Below are positions 10,862 through 20,155 of a stretch of DNA of 64,000 bases, piece after piece. Under the pieces are notes generated by a model that did not search any database, was not told the origin of the DNA, and saw only the letters and a list, made by a program, of their open reading frames with translations. Within the stretch, counting starts at the first letter, position 1. Each line of letters begins with the position of its first letter. This DNA comes from an uncultured virus (IMG/VR IMGVR_UViG_3300043469_000509) (taxonomy: Duplodnaviria; Heunggongvirae; Uroviricota; Caudoviricetes; Crassvirales), in IMG/VR virus record IMGVR_UViG_3300043469_000509. The stretch is one strand, 5' to 3'. The position numbers were made by a program, and so were the translations under genes.

Positions 10862-11629
10862 TTAGGCTAATATTGATTTTTCTAACTCGGTTAATTTTTG
10901 TAATCTAGGACTTCTAGCTATTAAACTATCTACTAAAATATCAGAAAAGTCGCAAGAACTTGCTTTTTCTGGATGAAATTGTACACCAATAACAGGAAGT
11001 TTACTATGTGCAAAACCTTCTAAGATGTTATGAACACCATTCATTCTATCCCAAGAAGGAGCTTTCTCCCATAATAAAGGTATTAGATCAGCATTAGCTT
11101 CTAGAGCTTGTTTGCTAACTCCTTGATGATGAAAACTGTTTACACTAATAGAAGGACTTGTACAAGAAGGGTGAATAAATTCTTGCATATACTTATTGTT
11201 TACTACACATTTATTGACTAATTTATCACCATCTCCATCACTAGAATTTCCGTGATATGGTGTTATGTTTTGAATAATAGGTATACCAAAGTATATTGCT
11301 AATTGTTGATATCCTAAACAAATACCGAATACAGGAGTTCCTGCTTCAATATATTTAGGTAAATTATTCTTAAAAAAGTAATCCTTAAAAGGGTCACTTG
11401 AGCCATTCATAAAGCCTGGTACAGCATTATAATGAGTAGTTTGAACATCTTGCCCACCTGGTAATACAACTAAGTCTAGATCTTCTCTAATGTCTTCGTT
11501 TGGTGTAAGCATTTCTACTTGACCAAACTTATTAAAGTATTCAAGATAAGTCTTTTGTACTCCGAATGAATTTTCACCTAGGCTCCAACAAGGGATACCT
11601 ATTACTGGTTTCTTAGTTTTATTTGACAT
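10862..11629 (-). CDS. class I glutamine amidotransferase / peptidase C26 (gamma-glutamyl hydrolase-like)
   Basis: LPGGQDV, GICLGYQ nucleophile elbow, VNSFHHQ, GVQFHPE catalytic His-Glu. Confidence 0.9.
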   Translation of the reverse strand: MSNKTKKPVIGIPCWSLGENSFGVQKTYLEYFNKFGQVEMLTPNEDIREDLDLVVLPGGQDVQTTHYNAVPGFMNGSSDPFKDYFFKNNLPKYIEAGTPVFGICLGYQQLAIYFGIPIIQNITPYHGNSSDGDGDKLVNKCVVNNKYMQEFIHPSCTSPSISVNSFHHQGVSKQALEANADLIPLLWEKAPSWDRMNGVHNILEGFAHSKLPVIGVQFHPEKASSCDFSDILVDSLIARSPRLQKLTELEKSILA

Positions 11630-11634
11630 TTTAA

Positions 11635-12444
11635 TTATTGTAAATTTGTTTTTAAAACACTAATTTTATTCCCATACTCATCAATAGAATTTAAATCTTT
11701 TTGAGCTGATTCTTTTGTAGCATCATAATACCAAACTCTTTTACTAATTGTAGAACATTTAGAAGTTCTAAAACCACTTGGCATACTTATAGGTAATTGA
11801 TTTAATAAAATATCATATACTTGACTTAAAGTACAAGTTGAATAATAGTATCTACAAATCATAAAGATATCTCCAACACTACGTCTTTTACCTGCTGCTG
11901 TCTGAACATCTCTATTATCTACAAAGATAGTATCTTTATTTGTATTATAATCAGTAAAGAAAGCCCTCAAGAAATCTGCTAATGTTTGAGTTTTTCTATT
12001 TTTCAATAAACCTGGTAATCTAATTGGTCTAGGATTAGCAGTAATAATTTTATTTTGAATAGCTAAAAAGAAATTAGCTTTATCTTCATCACTTAAAGTT
12101 GGTTCAGGAATAGGTTCTACATATTTTACAGCATTATTTAAGAATATACTTTCATGGTGTGCAAAAAGATATAAAACTACTAACCCTTTCTGTATACTTA
12201 TATTTACAACTTTTTTACTAATATCTCCAACAATTACCATACTAGTGCCTACTTCAAATTCTTCACCACCAGTTCTTCTAACAGCTTTAATTTCGTAAGT
12301 AGAGCTGCACATAAAATCCATTAGATTTTTAGTATCATCTAAATTATTAGAATTAACGTATAATTCTTGATATGAAGGATTTACATGATATTCTATATTT
12401 GAGTTTCTTGACTTAAATTTTGTAATTAAATAGTTTGTAGACAT
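11635..12444 (-). CDS. hypothetical protein within ligase cluster
   Basis: 269 aa ORF overlapping its upstream neighbour. Confidence 0.6.
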   Translation of the reverse strand: MSTNYLITKFKSRNSNIEYHVNPSYQELYVNSNNLDDTKNLMDFMCSSTYEIKAVRRTGGEEFEVGTSMVIVGDISKKVVNISIQKGLVVLYLFAHHESIFLNNAVKYVEPIPEPTLSDEDKANFFLAIQNKIITANPRPIRLPGLLKNRKTQTLADFLRAFFTDYNTNKDTIFVDNRDVQTAAGKRRSVGDIFMICRYYYSTCTLSQVYDILLNQLPISMPSGFRTSKCSTISKRVWYYDATKESAQKDLNSIDEYGNKISVLKTNLQ

Positions 12445-13385
12445 AATGTTTGTTTTTTAGTTACTTTTTTATTTTTAATAATTAATTTTTCTATATTAGC
12501 CCATAGTTCTTTTTTAGTAGTACTATTAACTAATTTATTGTATTGTTTTTCGTAATCTTCTTTAGTAAATTCTTCGCCTAAAGTAGTAGGAGTTTTTAAT
12601 AAAGCTTTAGTTAACTCACTTTGATTTTTAAAAATCTCTCTATAATTAGTAACATTTAACTTAGGATATAAACGCTGAACTAAAATAGCAGGAGTTTTTT
12701 CACTTAAAGACTTTCTTATAGGTTGAAATATTGAATTACCATGAGCTATTGAATAACCAGTTTCTACATCAGTTATAGCTTGATAAGGAGTTAATCTATA
12801 GGCTACTTGTAATAGTAAGAATAAATCTTTATCTGGAAATAATTCTGCTAATTCTATAAATCTTACAGGAACATGTGAGCAAAAATTAACGTGTAGATTT
12901 CTAATTGCTTGCCAAGTAAACTTTAAAAAAGCTTCTTCATTCCAATCTATCTTAGAATAATCTATAATTATAGATAATTTAGTAGTTGTAATTGATGATA
13001 TTTCACAAACAAATCCTATTTTTTGTAATAATCTAATATATAATTCTATATATTCTAATTTAGAATATGTACCTTTAAAAGGATTAACAAAATCAGTTAG
13101 GCTAATACTCATTTCAGCATAACATTCATTGAAGTTATATTTAACATCATCTAAATTTTTAAAAAATAATCCGAATTTTAGTTGATATTCACCATTAAAA
13201 TATACATTAGAACTTTTTTGAAAATCTACAAATATAGCTTGAGCACAGCCCTTAACAACTTCAACAAGTACTTTTTTAGGTTCTTCTTTATCTAAATGGC
13301 TATATACTTTAACTTTAGCTCTTTCATAATCAAAGAGTGCAGCTGGTTTTAATTGTCTTAGTATAGGTTTAACTTGTTCTTCCAT
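12426..13385 (-). CDS. hypothetical protein within ligase cluster
   Basis: 319 aa ORF overlapping both neighbours. Confidence 0.6.
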   Translation of the reverse strand: MEEQVKPILRQLKPAALFDYERAKVKVYSHLDKEEPKKVLVEVVKGCAQAIFVDFQKSSNVYFNGEYQLKFGLFFKNLDDVKYNFNECYAEMSISLTDFVNPFKGTYSKLEYIELYIRLLQKIGFVCEISSITTTKLSIIIDYSKIDWNEEAFLKFTWQAIRNLHVNFCSHVPVRFIELAELFPDKDLFLLLQVAYRLTPYQAITDVETGYSIAHGNSIFQPIRKSLSEKTPAILVQRLYPKLNVTNYREIFKNQSELTKALLKTPTTLGEEFTKEDYEKQYNKLVNSTTKKELWANIEKLIIKNKKVTKKQTLCLQTI

Positions 13386-14247
13386 TTTTACTATTAATTA
13401 TTTTAGGTATTTCTATTAAATACTTTTGTAATGTGATATCACCAAAACTTGGTGCGCTAGCTGATTCTACAATTAACCAATCTACATCACCTTTTTTATT
13501 AGGTAAAGATACTATAACATCAAATGCGCAAATATCTAATTCTAAAGCTTGTTGAGCTTTAACACAATCTGCTACAATATCATCCCAATTGTTAGGCTTC
13601 TTAAAGCTTGGATTACTTTCTAAAGCCCAAGTAACTACATCATCATGATACTGCCAAGTATTTTCTGGAGCATCACTTTTTAGTAACTTCCTACAAGCAT
13701 AGAAACAACCAAACTTACTGATATGTAATCTATACTCTCTACCAAGTGGTTGAAATTTCTCAAAGATATAATTACTTAATGTTTTACCTTGAATCCAAGA
13801 TTGCAATGCTTGTTGATTGTCTAACTTAGTATTACCAACACCTCTACTACCAAAATGAGATTTAGCTATGATGGGGAAAGGTAAATCACTAATACCTCTA
13901 TCAGCTTCACCTAACGCTATTCCTTTTTCAATCCATCCTCTGCCTCCAATAGAATCATATTTTACAAACCATCTTGCAGTTTTAACACCTGCATTTGTAA
14001 AGCATTGTTTCATCAATAACTTACTAGCACTATTCTTAATACCTTGTACACTATTAACCTCTGTTCTAACTTTACCATGATTTAGTACAGTTGTACTACC
14101 TAACCTTACAACGCTTCTACCTTTACATAACTGTAATTGTTTTCTAAGTGGTGCATGACTAGGATGTCTAGTTAATACTAAAGGTCTAAAAAATGTAAAA
14201 GGCTTTTTAGCTTGTTTTAAGCTACTTTTTTTCTTTTTGAGTATCAT
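13369..14247 (-). CDS. ATP-grasp peptide ligase (RimK/YheCD-like)
   Basis: N...SASKLLMK, FPIIAK..GSRGVG, IFEKF, EYRLH, ICAFDV, IVESASAPS. Confidence 0.85.
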   Translation of the reverse strand: MILKKKKSSLKQAKKPFTFFRPLVLTRHPSHAPLRKQLQLCKGRSVVRLGSTTVLNHGKVRTEVNSVQGIKNSASKLLMKQCFTNAGVKTARWFVKYDSIGGRGWIEKGIALGEADRGISDLPFPIIAKSHFGSRGVGNTKLDNQQALQSWIQGKTLSNYIFEKFQPLGREYRLHISKFGCFYACRKLLKSDAPENTWQYHDDVVTWALESNPSFKKPNNWDDIVADCVKAQQALELDICAFDVIVSLPNKKGDVDWLIVESASAPSFGDITLQKYLIEIPKIINSKNGRTS

Positions 14248-14981
14248 ATTGCTTTTTCTACTTTTAATGACGGGTAATCTAATTTATAGGATACTATTCC
14301 TAAGTTATGAGTACTTGTATCACCTTTTAACCGACTAAAATCTTGAGGTAATGGCCCATATTTAATAATATCCTTTAATTTAGGTAAAGAATTTCTAATT
14401 AAGCTGATATCAGGTTGATAACATTTATTATCTTCTAAAAATTTAAATGGATCTACACTTGTATCATTATAAGTTTGACCTGCTCTTAATAGTAAACTAT
14501 ATAGACTTATCATATAAGTGCTTTCAGTCCATATTAAAGGTACTTCAACCAAATATAAGTTATCTTCTATTTCACTAATTATTGTATTAGATTTAATATC
14601 AATATTAAGCAGTTCCTCAAAATAATTAATAAAGTATTCTAAATGTTTGTGATATTTAGATAAGTTTTCTTTTTCCTCTATAAATTCTTTCTCATTATAA
14701 TTATGCTTATATTTATATGGACATATAGCTATTGCTAAATATGCCCATTTTGTATTATCAAATAGCCCTTGTTTATCTTTTAAATGTAATCCGTGAGCGC
14801 TGATACTTAAACCAGTTCTTTCGTTATATATCACATCATTTAGATAATCTTTACAAGGGCTAATTGGTTGTATTGTTTCATAATCATCTCCATTAGTATT
14901 ATTACAAAAAGCAAATCCCATATTGTTAGATCTACCTTCTGATAAAATATTTCTGTCTTGGTTATTTATAATTTTTATCAT
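14244..14981 (-). CDS. putative accessory protein of phage amidoligase clusters
   Basis: FAF...PCKDYLND and W....MISLYSLLLR motifs; coupled to the ATP-grasp gene by an ATGA overlap. Confidence 0.5.
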   Translation of the reverse strand: MIKIINNQDRNILSEGRSNNMGFAFCNNTNGDDYETIQPISPCKDYLNDVIYNERTGLSISAHGLHLKDKQGLFDNTKWAYLAIAICPYKYKHNYNEKEFIEEKENLSKYHKHLEYFINYFEELLNIDIKSNTIISEIEDNLYLVEVPLIWTESTYMISLYSLLLRAGQTYNDTSVDPFKFLEDNKCYQPDISLIRNSLPKLKDIIKYGPLPQDFSRLKGDTSTHNLGIVSYKLDYPSLKVEKAI

Positions 14982-15473
14982 TTAACATTTTATTTTTTTA
15001 ACATTTTTCATATAAGTAGGTTGTATTCTATTTGTCTGTAAATTTTGTAAATACACTACATCAAGAGGGCTATTTAAACTATTTTTAATAGTATATTTGT
15101 TATTAATACTTGAACTTATACTAACAACTTTACATCTAGCATTTTTTTCAAATGGTAATTTCTTGTTATTAACTAATCTAACTATATCATCAACACATAC
15201 TGTTGAAGAATAATTAGCTAAGTAGTTATCAGGTAATAATGTTAAATTAGTAACTCCATTAATAAATAGATTATCTTCAGTTCCATCTGTAACCCAGCCG
15301 TATGAATATCCTAATGTATTAAAAGGAGCAGCACCGTTTTTTATGTTTTGGCAGATATAATAATTACCGTCTTCATATTGAATTGCAGCATCTCCAATAT
15401 ACTGACCTTCTATATAACAAGTTACTTTTTTACCTACCCATTGTTCTGTTAATATTATTTTATTTTCATCCAT
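14982..15473 (-). CDS. hypothetical protein
   Basis: 163 aa ORF in operon context. Confidence 0.6.
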   Translation of the reverse strand: MDENKIILTEQWVGKKVTCYIEGQYIGDAAIQYEDGNYYICQNIKNGAAPFNTLGYSYGWVTDGTEDNLFINGVTNLTLLPDNYLANYSSTVCVDDIVRLVNNKKLPFEKNARCKVVSISSSINNKYTIKNSLNSPLDVVYLQNLQTNRIQPTYMKNVKKIKC

Positions 15474-15479
15474 TTTTAG

Positions 15480-16070
15480 TTATTTTATCCATTCTTTTGT
15501 TATTGTAGTATCTACCTTCATTTGAACTTTAGATACATATTTATTACCTGCGTTTATCATTATATCTTCCATTTCTTTTGCAAATTGAATAGCTAGATCT
15601 TCTCTAACTTCTACATCAATAGCATCATGAACTGTACATATAAGATAAGCTACATCTTCTTTATAAGTATTATTATAAGTAATAATTAACTCTCTAACAC
15701 CTATTAAAGCTTCTTTAGTAATATCAGCACCTGAACCTTGAATTGGACTGTTCATAGAATTTCTTTGAACTTGTCCTTCAGTTTGAAGTATCTGTTTCCA
15801 TAGAGTTTTACTCTCAGGAGAACCTTTAACAACATACTTAGCTTCTTCTCTTAACTTAGGTATAATTTCTATTTCAGGATAAAATCTTTTCCTCTTACAA
15901 GGAGCAAATGTTTCACTGTAACCTCTTGTTACACCTAGTTTAGCTTGAGTATCTAACCACTTATTTAGTTTAGGGAAAGCTATTCCATATTCTTTAAACA
16001 ATGTTTCAGCTTCTTCTATACTAATTTGTAAAGTATCAGCTAGTTTGTTAGGGCCCATACCATACGGTTT
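15480..16070 (-). CDS. polA: DNA polymerase family A, exon 2
   Basis: Begins KPYGMG, completing motif B; NSPIQGSGAD; motif C TVHDAI. Confidence 0.92.
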   Translation of the reverse strand, partial: KPYGMGPNKLADTLQISIEEAETLFKEYGIAFPKLNKWLDTQAKLGVTRGYSETFAPCKRKRFYPEIEIIPKLREEAKYVVKGSPESKTLWKQILQTEGQVQRNSMNSPIQGSGADITKEALIGVRELIITYNNTYKEDVAYLICTVHDAIDVEVREDLAIQFAKEMEDIMINAGNKYVSKVQMKVDTTITKEWIK

Positions 16071-16610
16071 CACTAACCCCTAATTTTCATTAGGGAGTGG
16101 ACTATACCTTTGCATATTTTCCATTTATATCTCTAGTTTCATGATGTCTTTGATGACATTTTTTACATAATATTTCAAAATTAGAAATATCATTGTTAGT
16201 TCTATCATGATCTATATGATGTGCTACTAGATTTTCTATATTATTACACCTATTACAAATATTAGGGAGTAATTTCATAGCTTTTTTACAAGCTACTTTT
16301 GCAGAAGAATCTTTTATATCTTTTGTTTGATTATTACCTGAGCCTACCCCAGGTTTTTGTATAAATTTCTTATTAATTCTGTATTTTAAAGAATTAAAAG
16401 CATTTCTACATTTAATAGAACAAAATTTAGCACTTTTATATTTGGTTTGTGGTACTTCGTTACCACATTTAATACACACCCCACGTCTAGTCTCTACACA
16501 CGCCTTATTAGAACTGTCTAATATGCTTGGCTCGGTATTATCATCAGCATTACCTGTTAAGACTTCACCGACTTTGAAGGGTTTTGTTTCGGCAAACTTA
16601 GTTTTCATAT
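16071..16610 (-). mobile_element. group I self-splicing intron (540 nt) in polA
   Basis: 5' splice site follows UUCGGU, which pairs with intron GCCGAA (U-G wobble, P1). Core elements are AAAGUCGGUGAA, AAUACCGAGCCAAGC, GUAGAGACUAGAC and AAGGUAUAGUCC, with P7 GACUA/UAGUC. P9 hairpin is CUCCCUAAU-GAAA-AUUAGGGG and the terminal G is at 16071. Splicing restores in-frame INFG|KPYG. Confidence 0.93.
16102..16608 (-). CDS. intron-encoded HNH homing endonuclease
   Basis: CxxC...FCSIKC zinc finger and CNRC...HHIDHDRTNN...N..ILCKKCHQRHH HNH motif. Confidence 0.88.
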   Translation of the reverse strand: MKTKFAETKPFKVGEVLTGNADDNTEPSILDSSNKACVETRRGVCIKCGNEVPQTKYKSAKFCSIKCRNAFNSLKYRINKKFIQKPGVGSGNNQTKDIKDSSAKVACKKAMKLLPNICNRCNNIENLVAHHIDHDRTNNDISNFEILCKKCHQRHHETRDINGKYAKV

Positions 16611-17933
16611 ACCGAAATTAATAGTTTTAGCTTTGTTTCTAAGGTCTTTATCAGCTTTAGTTATAGTCTTTTTAAACATTAGAGAACCTGCATAACAATG
16701 CAAATCTTCACCTCTGTTTAATACATCTATAAAACCTTCTTCACCAGAACCATCAGCCATTAAGTTTAACTCTTGACCACTATAGTCAATAGATACCCAT
16801 AAATAACCTGGTCTAGCTTCAAAACAATTTCTAAAGATATTTTTAGCTGGAATGTTTTGTAAGTTAGGAGCATTATCATCTTTAGAACCAGAGCTAACAC
16901 GGCCAGTATTAAGCACTTGCCAGAAACTAGTATGAACTCTATTAGTATGAGGATTAATATAATCTAAGAAACCTTCTCCATAAGTAGATATTATTTTAGC
17001 TTTCTCTCTGTAATCTTGTAGTACTTTAAAGAATTCATGCTTATCAGCTAATTTAGTTAACTCTCTGTCATTTGTACTATCAATGTCATATCCTAGAGTA
17101 TTACAAATATCTTTAATTTGCAATGGTGAAGCATAATTTATCTTTAGTATTCTCTCAGGTTCATCAAATAAATTGCTCTGAATATATTTAGGTACAAACT
17201 TTTGTAATAGAGGTTCATCAGTTATTACTTTATCTAAGTGAATTTCTAAATCATCTAACTCTTGTTTAAAAGTACTAGTATTACTTAACCACTTTTCCCT
17301 ATTTAAAGTCATACCATTATATTCTATATCTGCTAAAGATTTAAATACATCATTTTCTAGGTTAACACAATATTCTAAATCATACTTTCGTACTCTCTCA
17401 TATTGTAGATTAGCTATTCTATGTAAATATTTAACATCTCTAGCAGCGTATAAAATTTGGTCAGTGTTAAAAGGTTCTGCATTTAATCTAAAGAAATCAG
17501 CTCTTGTACTTTTATCTAAAGTTATGTCTAGATATCTTTGTGCAAGCTTATCTAAACCATAACCCCACTTATCATAACCACAATATAGGACACATTCTGT
17601 AAGCATAGTATCATAACAATTATTTAATGTTATTCCTGCATGCTTTAAGAACTTATAATCAAATTTAAGATTATGGCCTATTATTATTTTACTCTCTATG
17701 AGGTCTTTAAAGTTTAAGATATTTATTTTACGTATATCAATAACCCATTGATTATCTGAATCACCTAATTGTAAAGATAATAAAGCTTTGCTATGAGCAT
17801 CTTTACCTTTAGTCTCAGTATCTAGTTGAATACTCTTGTGGTTACTAAAATAGCTTAAACAATGTTCTACAGTACTTTCTTTATACTCATCATCTTCAAA
17901 TAACCTATCCCAACAACCTATTGTGTATATCAT
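16611..17933 (-). CDS. polA: DNA polymerase family A, exon 1 (3'-5' exonuclease and polymerase motif A)
   Basis: LDTET, GHNLKFD, YAARD exonuclease motifs; TGRVSS, PNLQNIP, DYSGQEL, DLH, RNKAKTINFG. Confidence 0.93.
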
Positions 17934-17946
17934 TTATATTTATTAT

Positions 17947-18216
17947 TTAACCTATTTTTGATGTATAAATTGAATAATTTGATACTTCTATTTTATCTGA
18001 ATTATATTTACTTTTTAAAAGCTGTATATATTCTTCTTTATTATAATAAACATCTCCTTCTTTAAACTCATTTATTTTAAAATCATGTTCTACTATTTTA
18101 TAACCAGAATCTTTTAAATATATTTTAAATTTTGTACCGTCTGGTTTATTTGTTTTTAGATTTGCAGTTATTAATAAAACTAAAAATGCGATTATTATTG
18201 TACCTATTATTTCCAT
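17947..18216 (-). CDS. small hypothetical membrane-anchored protein
   Basis: N-terminal hydrophobic helix. Confidence 0.5.
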   Translation of the reverse strand: MEIIGTIIIAFLVLLITANLKTNKPDGTKFKIYLKDSGYKIVEHDFKINEFKEGDVYYNKEEYIQLLKSKYNSDKIEVSNYSIYTSKIG

Positions 18217-18279
18217 CTTCCTAAACTATTATTAATAATACCTCCATTCTCATCAAATGTATTTCTAAGTTTTTTTATT

Positions 18280-18534
18280 TTATTTATTATTTAAATACTC
18301 ATTATATAACCAATCAATAGGGTGATGATTTATATCATTATTAAAGCAAATCATACCTAATTCTTTAATTTTACTAGATATAGTATTAGGTGACCATTTT
18401 TTATATGTAGCTAATTTATTAAGAATTAACCAATATTCTAAACTATGTTGTATTTTTAGTTTTTTAGCTAAAAACATAACTCTACTTTGTTGATTACTTG
18501 TCATCTTCTTTTTTATCAGCCATTTTAGTTGCAA
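18280..18534 (-). CDS. hypothetical protein (true start may be the internal MTSNQ)
   Basis: ORF in operon context. Confidence 0.5.
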   Translation of the reverse strand: MQLKWLIKKKMTSNQQSRVMFLAKKLKIQHSLEYWLILNKLATYKKWSPNTISSKIKELGMICFNNDINHHPIDWLYNEYLNNK

Positions 18535-18772
18535 ACTCTTCTTGTGCTTTTTGCATCAATTGAGGTCTATAAGTATCATATAAAGCTTGTTTATCTGTTC
18601 TAGATAACTTTACCTTACCTTCATAAACATCTTTTGCTAGAGAGTCTAATTCTTCGTAAGGAAGCTTAGAATACTCTTCTTTTAATTTAAAATATCTATT
18701 AACTATCTTTGTTTGAGTAGAATTAGATTTAGCCTGCATTAAACTTCTATTATAGTTTCTTGCTTGACTCAT
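18494..18772 (-). CDS. hypothetical protein
   Basis: ORF in operon context. Confidence 0.6.
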   Translation of the reverse strand: MSQARNYNRSLMQAKSNSTQTKIVNRYFKLKEEYSKLPYEELDSLAKDVYEGKVKLSRTDKQALYDTYRPQLMQKAQEEFATKMADKKEDDK

Positions 18773-18774
18773 AA

Positions 18775-19056
18775 CTATTTATTATGAATATCTATTAAGT
18801 ACTCCATAATAGCGTCTTTACTTTCATTTTTAATTGCTTTATCTGTAGCATTATTATTAAAGTATTCTACTGTGTCTTCTCTTTTAAATGCAGCCCACAT
18901 ATTAGTATATGGATTTTTGTGCCACAAGTAATCTTGTAAAAAGTCTAAATTTATTGCTTTTCCCATATTTTTTCTTTTAATTAGTTTATCTTTAGCTACT
19001 CCTATAAATATAAGAATAGAAATTATTAATATTGCTGGTAATATATGACCTATCAT
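18775..19056 (-). CDS. hypothetical protein with N-terminal TM helix
   Basis: ORF coupled to upstream gene by ATGA overlap. Confidence 0.55.
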   Translation of the reverse strand: MIGHILPAILIISILIFIGVAKDKLIKRKNMGKAINLDFLQDYLWHKNPYTNMWAAFKREDTVEYFNNNATDKAIKNESKDAIMEYLIDIHNK

Positions 19057-19301
19057 GTGTGTAAATTAAAATATTCTAAACTTTCTTTAATTTTACCATC
19101 ATCTATCATAAGATATAAATCTGATAATATTTGTTGATTTTGTTTTATAGTTTTATCAGCAAAAGCATCAAAAACTCTATCTAAATTAGTAAATTGCAAC
19201 TCAGGTCTAAATTTAAATGTACTATAAAAATTCATAATACAAGCTAAACAAGATTGTCTAGTATAACAATTAGTTTTGATGTAATTTATTATGTGACTCA
19301 T
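19053..19301 (-). CDS. hypothetical protein
   Basis: ORF with ATGA coupling. Confidence 0.55.
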   Translation of the reverse strand: MSHIINYIKTNCYTRQSCLACIMNFYSTFKFRPELQFTNLDRVFDAFADKTIKQNQQILSDLYLMIDDGKIKESLEYFNLHT

Positions 19302-19546
19302 TTATGAATTTCTTTATAAATTTTTATTTTTCTATTTAATTCAATTTTAACTAATTCTTTAGCTTTAAGTACTTCTTCAGATGTGTAATTATAACTGAAT
19401 GTTTTACTTGCTAAAATTTTATTGTAATACCGACCATATACTACATTTCTTGAGAAATCAATTTCTATTCTTTTACCTATAGTATCTCTAAAAAACTTAT
19501 ACATTAGATAGGCTGTAATTATTACTGCTATAATTATTATTATCAT
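19298..19546 (-). CDS. hypothetical protein with N-terminal TM helix
   Basis: ORF in operon context. Confidence 0.55.
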   Translation of the reverse strand: MIIIIIAVIITAYLMYKFFRDTIGKRIEIDFSRNVVYGRYYNKILASKTFSYNYTSEEVLKAKELVKIELNRKIKIYKEIHK

Positions 19547-19554
19547 TTATATTA

Positions 19555-19809
19555 TTATAAAACATCATCTACATCATCTAAATATATACAAGGATTATCA
19601 AAGCTAATTACAGCTGCATAACTAAATGTATTTCCTTTATATTTTAAATTTATTTTTTCCATTAATTGCTCTAATTCTTCAAAAGATTTTAATTCTATTT
19701 CATAAAAGTTATATTCTTTATTAGTATCATTTAATGTAGCTCCTATAAATTCATAGAATGATTTTGTATCATTTTTATCTTCTCTGTTAAATCCTATTTC
19801 AAATATCAT
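19555..19809 (-). CDS. hypothetical protein
   Basis: ORF in operon context. Confidence 0.55.
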   Translation of the reverse strand: MIFEIGFNREDKNDTKSFYEFIGATLNDTNKEYNFYEIELKSFEELEQLMEKINLKYKGNTFSYAAVISFDNPCIYLDDVDDVL

Positions 19810-19810
19810 A

Positions 19811-20155
19811 TTATTTTTTATTTATAGCAATCCAGTCTTTTAACATCTTACTAGCAGAATCTTCCCAGTAAGTTTGAAAAGTATATTCAGCAAAATCAAT
19901 CATATCTTTTTTAGTAAATTTCTTATAATTAGTTAATTTCTCAACTACTTTAGGTTTTTTAACATCTCTATCTAAAGATATGTTTTTACAAAATCTAATT
20001 TCTTTATTGTTTAATGTCCAGATCTCTCCATTATCCATAGCACAAGTAAATAGTAAGTTATGCTCTTGGCTATAATCTATAACCAAAAAAGCATAACCTT
20101 CCATATTATCTGATACTCTAAATATAGGTATCATTGGGTTAAGTTGTGTAATCAT
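19811..20155 (-). CDS. hypothetical phage protein
   Basis: QLNP.IP...G.A..VIDY..EH.L...D.GEIW motif typical of small phage proteins. Confidence 0.6.
   Translation of the reverse strand: MITQLNPMIPIFRVSDNMEGYAFLVIDYSQEHNLLFTCAMDNGEIWTLNNKEIRFCKNISLDRDVKKPKVVEKLTNYKKFTKKDMIDFAEYTFQTYWEDSASKMLKDWIAINKK

Noticed and set aside
15480..17933. polA as a pseudogene, split gene or intein-containing gene
   Set aside because: A complete group I intron explains the break, and there is an in-frame stop, which excludes an intein.
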